Shown here piece after piece: positions 1-8,198 of a DNA stretch of 64,000 bases. The DNA is from Patescibacteria group bacterium (GTDB lineage: Bacteria > Patescibacteriota > Patescibacteriia > XYB2-FULL-38-15): the NCBI GenBank assembly GCA_041653675.1, contig JBAZEY010000002.1, forward strand, positions 12,315 through 76,314, given 5' to 3'. The position numbers and the translations under genes are program-made. Below the pieces are notes generated by a model that worked only from the letters and a program-made list of their open reading frames with translations, was not told the DNA's origin and ran no database searches. The first letter of the stretch is position 1; every line of letters starts with the position of its first letter.

Positions 1-129
1 AACGATAACCGCGCGATTACCATTTTTAATAAAATCCAAAATCGCCCGACGAAAATTTTTTAAAAAAATCGTGTCCACTTCGTCTGGCACGATAACCGAT
101 CCGCCAAGAGAAACGATCAATGTTTTCAT
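1..129 (-). CDS. amino-acid kinase family protein (archaeal-type UMP kinase-like), N-terminal fragment running off the window
   Basis: ATG at 129..127. Translation MKTLIVSLGGSVIVPDEVDTIFLKNFRRAILDFIKNGNRAVIV resembles the GGS-containing N-terminus of amino-acid/UMP kinases. Confidence 0.4.
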   Translation of the reverse strand, partial: MKTLIVSLGGSVIVPDEVDTIFLKNFRRAILDFIKNGNRAVIV

Positions 130-159
130 GATTTATAAATAATTTTTTTAACGTCACGG

Positions 160-285
160 CTAAATTTTCTTTTTAGCATAAATTTTATCTCTCTTCGCCC
201 TTTCTGCGGCCATAACTTTAAACGGCGACGGAGTACGATACCGCGTTCTTCCCTTTCCACACCTGGCGCAAGAATATTTTTTCAT
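160..285 (-). CDS. hypothetical small basic CxxC peptide (41 aa)
   Basis: ATG 285..283, TAG 162..160. Translation MKKYSCARCGKGRTRYRTPSPFKVMAAERAKRDKIYAKKKI. Below the ORF-track size cutoff. The start codon directly abuts long-stem element copy 1. Confidence 0.3.
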   Translation of the reverse strand: MKKYSCARCGKGRTRYRTPSPFKVMAAERAKRDKIYAKKKI

Positions 286-286
286 A

Positions 287-416
287 CCCCGTAGTAGAAA
301 TTTGACTTGTATTTTACAATACAAATCTTAATAGTATATTAATTTTTATTATAAATAATACTTATTGCCAAAACATCTAGTCGCCGCTGACGACTTGTCA
401 AATTTTCACTACGGGG
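287..416 (-). repeat. 130-bp long-stem element, copy 1 (20-nt terminal inverted repeats CCCCGTAGT..GAC / GTC..ACTACGGGG)
   Basis: Arms at 287-306 and 397-416 are complementary apart from one conserved A.C mismatch. Same ends and same length as the copies at 12169 and 52870; the interior is unrelated. Confidence 0.8.
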
Positions 417-423
417 CATAAAT

Positions 424-1017
424 TTAAAATGTTTTTTCTACTCCGCCCACGGTAATTACCGCTCCGCCAATTTTAGAAAACTCTTTCGCGGTTTGGAAAA
501 GCTGCGCCTTAAACATTTCGGCCCGACAATTATCCGCGCCCAAAACAAATACTTCTGGAGAAAAATCAATATACGCCATGCCGATCATAATTTTGACACT
601 ATTGATTTTTACTGTGTCCCCATCGTACGGCGCCTGGCCTGACTCATTTTTTTTCTGCTCACGGTAATTTATCATTTCTTCTTTACTCGGTAAGGCGGAA
701 TAATAACCTTGCGCTGCCTCAGCGGCAGTTGGACCAAGCAAAATTTCTTCAAACGCCCGGCGCTTTACAATAAGATCGTTCGGAACTGTTCGCTCTGTCG
801 GAAAAACTGCTTTACAGTCGTTTGAATTTTTATTCAAATTTTTATTGCCAAAAAATATTCTTACCGTCGTTTCTTTCGCTTCAACCTTTTTTGCTTCCTG
901 AACTGCATTTTTCAAATCAGCGCTAGCTTCTTTCATACCGCCAATATAACCAAAAAGCATCGCTCCTGCTGCGGCGGTTGAAATGATAATAAAAACTATT
1001 GCGATCTTCTTTTTCAT
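424..1017 (-). CDS. GerMN domain-containing secreted/membrane-anchored protein
   Basis: N-terminal TM/signal segment. Pattern VRIFF...FEEILLGPT...GYYSALP...AYIDFS...VITVGG matches the GerMN layout by eye. Confidence 0.55.
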   Translation of the reverse strand: MKKKIAIVFIIISTAAAGAMLFGYIGGMKEASADLKNAVQEAKKVEAKETTVRIFFGNKNLNKNSNDCKAVFPTERTVPNDLIVKRRAFEEILLGPTAAEAAQGYYSALPSKEEMINYREQKKNESGQAPYDGDTVKINSVKIMIGMAYIDFSPEVFVLGADNCRAEMFKAQLFQTAKEFSKIGGAVITVGGVEKTF

Positions 1018-1036
1018 AATTAAATATGAAACCGAT

Positions 1037-1065
1037 TTGACTTTCTCCTAATATTATTTTAATCT
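1037..1065 (+). promoter_or_regulatory. putative sigma70-type promoter for the small hydrophobic peptide
   Basis: TTGACT (1037-1042), 17-nt spacer, TAATCT (1060-1065). Confidence 0.35.
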
Positions 1066-1136
1066 GAATTTAAACTTCGGGCAATGGCGGCATATAAATA
1101 ATCTCGGGGAGGGATGGAAAAGGAGGGCTGGAGATT

Positions 1137-1262
1137 ATGCGCGAGGTTCTTGAAATTCTTGGCGGTGGCCTTCTGATCTTGGTACTTGCGGTCATGGCGG
1201 CAGCGCCGCTCTTCCTGCCGACTTTCCTGAAATATATCCAGGAGGAAAAGAACGAACAGTAG
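1137..1262 (+). CDS. small hydrophobic single-TM peptide (41 aa), GC-rich cassette
   Basis: AAGGAGG 8 nt upstream of ATG 1137. Translation MREVLEILGGGLLILVLAVMAAAPLFLPTFLKYIQEEKNEQ. Followed by the terminator at 1288-1320. Not in the ORF track (<60 aa). Confidence 0.45.
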   Translation: MREVLEILGGGLLILVLAVMAAAPLFLPTFLKYIQEEKNEQ

Positions 1263-1287
1263 TTCAACGACAAAAAGGAGGGTCAAA

Positions 1288-1320
1288 AGCTCATGGCAAT
1301 CGCCGTGGGCTTTCTTTTTT
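1288..1320 (+). terminator. intrinsic terminator after the small peptide gene
   Basis: 10-bp stem (1288-1297 / 1302-1311, two G.U pairs), loop AATC, then TTCTTTTTT. Confidence 0.6.
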
Positions 1321-1325
1321 AATCT

Positions 1326-3251
1326 TTATCCGGCACTTGATCCGCCTCCGCCTCCACCTCCGCCGGCTCCCCCGCCTCCGCCAAATCCAGACGAACCAGA
1401 CGGACTGCTGTAGCTGACGACGGAATTCATATGTGAAGTCACACCCGCTAAAGAATTTGCAAAAATAACACTATTAAAACTGCTAAACGGCGTGGAACTT
1501 TGATACCAATCCGGCTGTGTTTTATAGATATCAGCAAATCTCTCCGCCCATTTTTGTTCCACCCCTAAAACTATGGCGTAAGATAAATATTTTTCAAATG
1601 TTTCCGGAGTACACGCCCCAAGTCTGAATCTTTCCGCAACTTGCAAATATTCCCTGAAGCCAAGCGCGTGCCATTTTACCTCAACTCCTTTTTCTGTAAG
1701 CGGCGGGGGTTTAATAACTAAATAAATAAACCATAAACCTAGCGAGATTAAAATTGCTGCTAACATTGAAAAAGAAAAATTAGGAAATAACGCTACGACC
1801 ATTGAAATAAAAATACCGGCTGCGAATAATACCAACAAAAAACTCATTTCACGAGCCAGGGGCATAGATCTAAAATATCCTTTTTCTTTGACCAATTTTT
1901 CCAAAACTTCTTTCGGTAACTTGGTAATCATTTTTTGAAAAGAAGTTTTGCTCGCCATATCTCGCAGATCGCTTAACTCAACTGTCTCGCCTGCTCCGAA
2001 AATTGCTTCTAAAAATTCTGCTTCGTAATCGGAGAGACTGGAATCACCCGCAAACTCCTTTCTCTTCGTTAGCGAATATTTTTTACTTTTCACCCATAAA
2101 GTTTTTTCTTCTCGCTCAGAAATTTTTAAATAACCGCGATAGGCCAGATCGATTAGCGTGGCCGTGAAGTCTTTAGAGCGGACGCTATTATAGACAAGTC
2201 CGCCCACTTCAGCCGGAAGCAATTTCGCCGGTGGATCGTATTGGGCAATAATCGTTTTTTTAAGTTTTGGCGCGCTTTGGTATTTCTTAAAAAGAAAAAT
2301 CCCGAGCAGAATCGGAATGAGATAACTCAATTTATCTAAAACATAAAACCACGTTGTTTTTTCCAGTTTAAAATCAGAGGTTATAATTTTTCCTGTTTCA
2401 AGCTTAATAGTTTTTTCTTTTTCTCCCGTAATTTCCCAACCAAATTTTTCTAGAGAAATTTTGTGCTCACCCAAAGAAATTTCATAATTTTCTTCAAGCA
2501 CCGCCGGGGTACGAAGATTGGTTTTTTCTCCGTCCAAAATTACCGCCGCCCCCTCGGGTTCAGAATTAACTTTCAAAACTCCGGCAGAGAAAACGATTCC
2601 TTTGGGCCAACCGGCGACAATCGTAAAATTTTCATAAGCCGGAATATCGCTCCCCCAAAATTTAAGAGTTTTTCCATCAATAATTTCGTAAGTTTCCGAA
2701 GTAGTCTTGGCTCCCGTTGCTCCGACATAAAGCATCTGTTTTAAATCACTAACCTCCGCTGCGCTCGGCAGATGAACTAAAACTTCCACTTCTCCGATTG
2801 GCACATCGCGATTCTCGGAAACCGCGTTCCAATAAAGTTCGTCATAGTCGAGAAAATATCCCAGACCGCCATGCACCTTATACTCAAATGTCCAAGTTTT
2901 TTGTGTGTCAACTAAATCAAAATTAATTTTAATAATAACCTGAGACGTATTTTCCGTTATTTCTATTTCCGGCGGTGCGAGTTCTCGGCCATCTTCATCA
3001 AAAACTTTTATATCACTAACCGCCCGAACTTTATTTTTAGAAATATCCCTGACCGTCCAGTGAAAATTTCCGTGAAAATTAAAAACCTGTGTTTCGCGAA
3101 CGACAAATGTGCTATCCTCATTTATATTTATATCCGCCGACCATTTTTCAAAATCCCACCATTTACTCGGAGTTTCCTCCGCCAAAACCGAACTGCCGGA
3201 AAATAAAAATAATGTTACTACCGCCGCGAGCAAAAATGCTTTTTTAAACAT
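1326..3251 (-). CDS. DUF2207-like membrane protein with Gly-rich C-terminal tail
   Basis: Signal peptide, large extracytoplasmic N-domain, central TM segments and a terminal GSSGFGGGGGAGGGGGGGGSSAG tail, as is typical of DUF2207 proteins. Confidence 0.6.
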   Translation of the reverse strand: MFKKAFLLAAVVTLFLFSGSSVLAEETPSKWWDFEKWSADININEDSTFVVRETQVFNFHGNFHWTVRDISKNKVRAVSDIKVFDEDGRELAPPEIEITENTSQVIIKINFDLVDTQKTWTFEYKVHGGLGYFLDYDELYWNAVSENRDVPIGEVEVLVHLPSAAEVSDLKQMLYVGATGAKTTSETYEIIDGKTLKFWGSDIPAYENFTIVAGWPKGIVFSAGVLKVNSEPEGAAVILDGEKTNLRTPAVLEENYEISLGEHKISLEKFGWEITGEKEKTIKLETGKIITSDFKLEKTTWFYVLDKLSYLIPILLGIFLFKKYQSAPKLKKTIIAQYDPPAKLLPAEVGGLVYNSVRSKDFTATLIDLAYRGYLKISEREEKTLWVKSKKYSLTKRKEFAGDSSLSDYEAEFLEAIFGAGETVELSDLRDMASKTSFQKMITKLPKEVLEKLVKEKGYFRSMPLAREMSFLLVLFAAGIFISMVVALFPNFSFSMLAAILISLGLWFIYLVIKPPPLTEKGVEVKWHALGFREYLQVAERFRLGACTPETFEKYLSYAIVLGVEQKWAERFADIYKTQPDWYQSSTPFSSFNSVIFANSLAGVTSHMNSVVSYSSPSGSSGFGGGGGAGGGGGGGGSSAG

Positions 3252-3316
3252 AAAATTAAATTAAAATTACTTTCTCAATTATACCAAATTTTCTGCCAAA
3301 AATCCACCGCCAGCTC

Positions 3317-3345
3317 TTGACAAAATCAAAACTAAATGACAAGAT
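3317..3345 (+). promoter_or_regulatory. putative promoter of GC-rich cassette A
   Basis: TTGACA (3317-3322), 17-nt spacer, CAAGAT (3340-3345). Confidence 0.4.
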
Positions 3346-3372
3346 AGGGCGAGGGAAAAGGAGGAAACTTCC

Positions 3373-3771
3373 ATGAATCAACCGGAAAATGAACCGGAAT
3401 GCCCGCGGATCATGTACCTGCTTTCGACCTGGCGGCCTTCGTCGGACAAGAAGGCGCCTGATCTCAAGGTGAAAGCCAGCGAAGAACGATGGATCTTCAC
3501 CGACAAAAAAAGGGGCGGCCTAATGTCGTCCAGGGCGAAGGCCAAACGGAGGATCGAAGAAACCAGGAAGAAGCTTCCGCCTGGTTGGGAACTCAAGGTC
3601 ACGGTGGAAGAATTTTCTGTCACACATGGTGCACCGGGATTCGTCCCTGTTCCTTGCCCGAACGCTTCTTGCTCCAAATTCGGCAAGCCCGCCGGACTGT
3701 TCTACTGCGGAACTTGCCGCGAGCCGCTTTCGCCCAAGATGGCCCAAAACGAGATGGAGGAAGAAGGGTAG
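3373..3771 (+). CDS. hypothetical protein, GC-rich cassette A (C-terminal Cys4 zinc-ribbon-like motif)
   Basis: AAGGAGG 8 nt before the ATG. CPNASC...CGTC motif. Own terminator. Overlapping alternative-frame ORFs on both strands are probably GC artefacts. Confidence 0.5.
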   Translation: MNQPENEPECPRIMYLLSTWRPSSDKKAPDLKVKASEERWIFTDKKRGGLMSSRAKAKRRIEETRKKLPPGWELKVTVEEFSVTHGAPGFVPVPCPNASCSKFGKPAGLFYCGTCREPLSPKMAQNEMEEEG

Positions 3772-3779
3772 CGCTTCAC

Positions 3780-3838
3780 GAACCCCGAACCGATTGGCTG
3801 AGTCACGACTGACTCGCCGTCGGTTCGGGTCTTTTTTA
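3780..3838 (+). terminator. intrinsic terminator of cassette A
   Basis: ACCCCGAACCGA...GTCGGTTCGGGT stem followed by CTTTTTT. A second hairpin at 3847-3867 serves the convergent gene. Confidence 0.65.
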
Positions 3839-3878
3839 AAACAAAACCGGACTCATGATGAGTCCGGAATTTTTAATT

Positions 3879-4205
3879 CTATTCTTTTTTTAATTCTTCC
3901 AAAATTTCCGGCGGAATAGGAATTTCTTTCACCGGACTTATTCCCGGATATCGCCAGGCAACAATAATTTTTTTCTGTCCGCTTTTTCCTTTTTGCCACA
4001 TCACCCAAATTTCGGTCTGCCGTTTTCCTTTACCAACTTTTTGCATCATAGCCACTGTTCCGGCCGCGATCCCCTCTTCGGTCCGGTCTGGCGCGCGAAA
4101 AATCTTTTTGACGCGGCTCGGCGCGAGTCCGTAAAAAAACATTTTGGCAATTGCGTGCTTGGTCCAAAAAAATTCCCTGGTTTCCTTAAACTTTGCCAAA
4201 TCCAT
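3879..4205 (-). CDS. hypothetical basic protein (possible toxin-like partner of a two-gene module)
   Basis: 108 aa, Lys-rich. Separated by 3 nt from the upstream acidic 71-aa ORF. Confidence 0.5.
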   Translation of the reverse strand: MDLAKFKETREFFWTKHAIAKMFFYGLAPSRVKKIFRAPDRTEEGIAAGTVAMMQKVGKGKRQTEIWVMWQKGKSGQKKIIVAWRYPGISPVKEIPIPPEILEELKKE

Positions 4206-4208
4206 AAA

Positions 4209-4424
4209 TTAAACTTTCTTTTCTTTCAAATAATCTTCCCACCTTACCTCCAACGCTTCCATAATTGCTTTAATGTCCTCTTCGGGAGAAATTTTACCCA
4301 ACTCTGTTAATTCACCAATCGCGGCCTCGGCCTCTTCAATAAAGGCTTCGTGGCTTTCGGGTACGGCATAATCAAAACGCGCAAGCAGTTCTTCCCAAAT
4401 TGAATCGATGTCTGGCATTGGCAT
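4209..4424 (-). CDS. hypothetical small acidic protein (possible antitoxin-like partner)
   Basis: 71 aa, strongly acidic (many E/D). Immediately upstream of 3879..4205 on the same strand. Confidence 0.5.
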   Translation of the reverse strand: MPMPDIDSIWEELLARFDYAVPESHEAFIEEAEAAIGELTELGKISPEEDIKAIMEALEVRWEDYLKEKKV

Positions 4425-4459
4425 AATTAAATTTTAGATTTAAAATTTTAGATTTAAAA

Positions 4460-4939
4460 TTACGGCGCGGTAAAACGGAAAGTAGAAATTATAAGTTCCC
4501 ATTCCTCAGCTACGGCCGGATCGCTTGGATCAGAATTGTAATCAACCGTCACCCAATTTTTCCCGTTCGGATGTTCTACAATAAAAGCCGGATCGCGGCT
4601 ATAGGTCGCGCGAAATTCACCCTCGCTATCCCAAGTTTCAATTTGTGCCCGATAAGATTGCGTACCCGGAACCGCTTCAATAAAATGTACCAAAGAGTGC
4701 GGCCAGCCGTAAGTATCAAAAATCGTTTTATATTTCGCGGGATATTTCATTTCAATCGCCCACGGAACGCTTTCGTAAACCTCCCAACCAGCGGTCGGAT
4801 CAGACGGCGCATTAACATTTGTCTCGGTCGTCAAAGGCGCATTTGTAGCCTCCTCTTCAGCCGGAAACCACGCGCACCCAGCTCCGGTCAAAATTAATAC
4901 TGCCAAAACCGCCACTGTCGGAAAAATAAATTTTTTCAT
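4460..4939 (-). CDS. hypothetical lipoprotein/secreted protein
   Basis: Signal peptide with lipobox-like LTGAGC. Confidence 0.55.
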   Translation of the reverse strand: MKKFIFPTVAVLAVLILTGAGCAWFPAEEEATNAPLTTETNVNAPSDPTAGWEVYESVPWAIEMKYPAKYKTIFDTYGWPHSLVHFIEAVPGTQSYRAQIETWDSEGEFRATYSRDPAFIVEHPNGKNWVTVDYNSDPSDPAVAEEWELIISTFRFTAP

Positions 4940-4964
4940 AAATTAACCATTAATTACTAACTTA

Positions 4965-5300
4965 TTATTTTGTAAGCGCGTTTGTAATCCAGCCAACCAC
5001 CCACAAAATTAATGCTCCTAAAAATGCGGCAACAAAATTTTTGACATCAAAACCTTTAACGATTGACGAGACGAGCCATAACATCAAAGCGTTAATCACG
5101 AGCGTAAAAAGTCCAAGAGTCAAAATATTTACTGGCAGGGTCAATAAAATTATAAGCGGCCTAATCACGGCATTTACCAAACCCAAAACGAGCGCAGCAA
5201 GCAACGCCGAGTAAAAATTTTTCACGGAAATACCCGGCACGACGTAGGTTAAAAGCATAATCGCTACGGCATAAATTAGCCAACGAATAAGGATACCCAT
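4965..5300 (-). CDS. phage-holin-family / DUF360-type small membrane protein
   Basis: Four hydrophobic segments. The MGILIRWLIYAVAIMLLTYVVPGI... pattern is typical of the YvlD/DUF360 family. I prefer ATG at 5300 over the TTG at 5360 used in the ORF track. Confidence 0.6.
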   Translation of the reverse strand: MGILIRWLIYAVAIMLLTYVVPGISVKNFYSALLAALVLGLVNAVIRPLIILLTLPVNILTLGLFTLVINALMLWLVSSIVKGFDVKNFVAAFLGALILWVVGWITNALTK

Positions 5301-5427
5301 AAATTTTATGTTATTTATTAATTCTTCTTTAATTTTACCGCTATTGACTTTTAGCGTCAATAAATAAAAAATGAAGACAGGTGAAATTTTTTCTCAATAA
5401 GCCCGTTTTAAGATAAAAGGCAATTAT

Positions 5428-5997
5428 ATGGATCGCGAATTAGAGCGACAATTAATCAAAAAAGCCCAGGAAAACGCCGCCGCTTTTGAGGAGTTGTATA
5501 GCCACTATCTCCCTAAAGTATACGGCTTTCTCCTAAATCGCACCGGCCAAAAAGAATTGGCCGAAGATTTGACGTCCGAAGTTTTTGCTAAGGCTCTGGC
5601 CAATATTTCTAAATTCAACGACCGAGGCGTGCCTTTTGCCGCCTGGCTTTTCAGAATAGCAAGAAATACATTAATTGATTGGAGTCGTAAAAAAAGAGAG
5701 ATTCTAACCGACGCCGTGGAAATGTATGAACCAGAACCAGATCATGCGGAGACGGGAGCCGTAGCCGGGCTTGTGCAGGACGAGAGAAAAATATTTATTA
5801 GAAAAACCATGAAAAACCTTCCGGAAAAATATCAGACCGTTTTATCTTTAAAATTTTTTGAGGAATTAGATAATGATGAAATCGCCGATATTCTTGGCTG
5901 CCAAAAAAATGCCGTGGCCGTAAGAGTTCACAGAGCTCTTCGTTTAATGAAAAAGCATCTGATCGGCAATCCTGAATTTTTGGAAATCAATTTTTAA
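5428..5997 (+). CDS. RNA polymerase sigma-70 family (ECF-type) sigma factor
   Basis: Region 2 (FEELYSHYLPKVYGFL...WLFRIARN) and region 4 (LPEKYQTVLSLKFFEELDNDEIADILG) motifs. Confidence 0.85.
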   Translation: MDRELERQLIKKAQENAAAFEELYSHYLPKVYGFLLNRTGQKELAEDLTSEVFAKALANISKFNDRGVPFAAWLFRIARNTLIDWSRKKREILTDAVEMYEPEPDHAETGAVAGLVQDERKIFIRKTMKNLPEKYQTVLSLKFFEELDNDEIADILGCQKNAVAVRVHRALRLMKKHLIGNPEFLEINF

Positions 5998-6002
5998 TAG
6001 CC

Positions 6003-7871
6003 ATGTTTCAATTTTTAAATAAAAAATCAAAAAAATTCGCCAAGGCCTGGGAAGAAAAAAAACCGGCGGAACTTAAGGCTGAAGAAAAAATACTCTACGC
6101 CCTGGCGGGAAAAATCCAGAATGCGCGGCTCGCGCGGCCAGGAGAAGTTTTAATTTCTGAAATGGAAAAAAATCGCATCAGAGAAAATTTTTATCATAAA
6201 TATTTTGATCTTGTCGGCTCTGAAACACCTGCTCAAAATTTAATAAAGCAGGAAAATGGAGCTAAAGAATCAAGAAAGGAAACTTCTATGACTCTGCCTT
6301 GGAAATTTAGTAAAACGACCCTCGCCTGGGCTGGCGCAGCTGTAATCGTTTTGGCCTTAGCTCTTGGAGTTTATTTTACCCGCGGGCCTGGCGGAACAAA
6401 CGGAATTTTTAACGGAGCTCTCGCGGCGCATCTTTCCGTAGCTGACGGGCAAGTAGAAACCTGGAATGGAAGCGATTGGCAAAAAATAGAAACTGGAACT
6501 ACTATTGCCAGCCAGTCGCAAATCCGAACCGGAGAAAATAGTAAAGCAGTTTTAGAATTTGACGAAGGCAGCGCTCTTCGGCTAGACGAAAACACTCATA
6601 TAATTTTAGAAGAGATCAACAACAAAAATATTTCTGTCGCGCAAGTAGTTGGCGAAACTTATAGCCGCGTTAATAAAACTTCCGGCTTAACTTATAAAGT
6701 AAAATCTGGAGATGCGGAAACAACAGCGCTCGGCACAGCTTTTGGTGTAGCCACGGAAAAATCAAACTGGGTTAAAAAAGGTGAGAAAAAAGTTATTGTT
6801 AAGGTTGTGGAAAGCAAAGTAAAAGTAAAAATCGTAAAAAATGACGAGACATTAGAAAAAGAAGTGAGCGAAGGTGAAGAATTAATTGTTGATATGACAA
6901 AACCGATTGAAGATATTGCGAAAAAAATCCCTTTACCAAAAGAAGAAACCGCGCAAGATGGATTTTATGTCTGGAACCGAACAGAAGACAGCGAAAAATC
7001 TTATCCTCTAGGAGTTCTCTCTGACGTTACTCCGCCGGAAATAAATATCTCCGAACCTTTGGACGGAATTGAAACAGAACTCTACCGTGTTGCTGTCCGC
7101 GGCGCGACCGAAGCCGGAGCAAAAGTTTTTGTGAACGGAACTCTGACGGAAAATAAAGATGGATCCTTCGAAAAAATCATTGATCTAAAAGTTGGCGCGA
7201 ATACGGTTGAAGTGAAAGCAAAAGATGATTCTGGAAATGCTACTACTAAAAAAATTACCGTAACAAAAAAAGGCGAAGTCGTTCAAGCTTCACCGCTCTA
7301 TCTCAAAGGCTGGGCTGATTCCGAGGGCATACATCTTTCATGGTCACTTTCGGGAATTACCGCGCCAAAAGGATTTAAGCTTGTAAAATCACTCACGGCT
7401 TATCCGACTTACCCTGGCGATTCAGCGGTTTATCTAAATCCTGATACCAGAAGCTATCTCTGGCAAATCAATGATGGCAAAACTTGGCACTTCAGAGTTT
7501 GCGTCTACGAAGGCGGCGCCTGCGGTACTTACAGTAATGATTTAAAAATAGTTGCAAAATCAACTAGCACTTCTAGCAATGAAATTTACGGAACTCTTGC
7601 CCTGACCGGTTGGATAAAGACAGGAAAAATAGTCGTTCTCTCCTGGGCGCTTACCGGCAATTCTCCTTACGGATACAAAATAGTAAAATCTCTTGAACCA
7701 AATCCCGTTTATCCCGGCAATGAATATGTTTATCTTTCTTCGCCGGACATGAAAGGCAGCTATACCTGGGACGTTGGAGAGGCTGGCACCTACCATTTCC
7801 GCGTTTGCGCTTATAACGGCGGAGGTGGATGTGTCTTTTACAGCAACGACTATTCGGTAACCGTTCAATAA
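6003..7871 (+). CDS. FecR-domain membrane protein (putative anti-sigma/sensor) with two tandem C-terminal beta-rich repeats
   Basis: 5 nt after the sigma gene. One TM segment. FecR-like stretch GQVETWNGSDWQKIETG...AVLEFDEGSALRL. Two about 90-aa repeats each end in HFRVC.Y.GG.C..YSND. Confidence 0.6.
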   Translation: MFQFLNKKSKKFAKAWEEKKPAELKAEEKILYALAGKIQNARLARPGEVLISEMEKNRIRENFYHKYFDLVGSETPAQNLIKQENGAKESRKETSMTLPWKFSKTTLAWAGAAVIVLALALGVYFTRGPGGTNGIFNGALAAHLSVADGQVETWNGSDWQKIETGTTIASQSQIRTGENSKAVLEFDEGSALRLDENTHIILEEINNKNISVAQVVGETYSRVNKTSGLTYKVKSGDAETTALGTAFGVATEKSNWVKKGEKKVIVKVVESKVKVKIVKNDETLEKEVSEGEELIVDMTKPIEDIAKKIPLPKEETAQDGFYVWNRTEDSEKSYPLGVLSDVTPPEINISEPLDGIETELYRVAVRGATEAGAKVFVNGTLTENKDGSFEKIIDLKVGANTVEVKAKDDSGNATTKKITVTKKGEVVQASPLYLKGWADSEGIHLSWSLSGITAPKGFKLVKSLTAYPTYPGDSAVYLNPDTRSYLWQINDGKTWHFRVCVYEGGACGTYSNDLKIVAKSTSTSSNEIYGTLALTGWIKTGKIVVLSWALTGNSPYGYKIVKSLEPNPVYPGNEYVYLSSPDMKGSYTWDVGEAGTYHFRVCAYNGGGGCVFYSNDYSVTVQ

Positions 7872-7924
7872 TAAAAATAAAATAAAACACGGCCCTAAGT
7901 ACCCGGGGCCGTGTTTTTTAATTT

Positions 7925-8197
7925 CTATTTTGCTTTTCCCCAAAATGCATCCGCTTCTTTTTCCATTTTATCCAATCTCGTGTAATAATCAGAAAATTCA
8001 TTCAGATGTGCTAGAGCAATTTTCCCAGTCGTAAGCGGATCATCGTTTGTGACATTTGTATCTGGACTTCGAGTGCCGTGTTCCAATTCAACATCCATCC
8101 CCATCCGGAATTGTTCGACATCAAATTTGCTCCAATCGATGCCTAACTCCTCGCCAATTTTTTTCGCCTCATCGGCGGTAAAATTTTCTTTAGCCAT
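7925..8197 (-). CDS. hypothetical small protein (conserved VELEHG motif)
   Basis: 90-aa ORF. No family assigned with confidence. Confidence 0.5.
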   Translation of the reverse strand: MAKENFTADEAKKIGEELGIDWSKFDVEQFRMGMDVELEHGTRSPDTNVTNDDPLTTGKIALAHLNEFSDYYTRLDKMEKEADAFWGKAK

Positions 8198-8198
8198 A

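Noticed and set aside
287-416. Long-stem elements as integron attC sites, retron msr/msd, DGR template/variable repeats, or hammerhead-type ribozymes.
   Set aside because: - The arm sequences lack the attC R-box consensus (RYYYAAC/GTTRRRY), and no integrase is present.
- No reverse transcriptase gene is in the window.
- No A-to-N mutated repeat pair is present.
- No CUGAUGA...GAAA catalytic core arrangement is present.
- A MITE interpretation is not excluded: a possible 2-bp flank identity (AT/AT/TG) exists but is too short to count as evidence.
3378-3919. Alternative ORFs within cassette A (3378..3686 -, 3489..3812 +, 3520..3747 -, 3626..3919 +).
   Set aside because: These are GC-rich frame artefacts. 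Only 3373..3771 has a consensus SD at the correct spacing and ends before the terminator.
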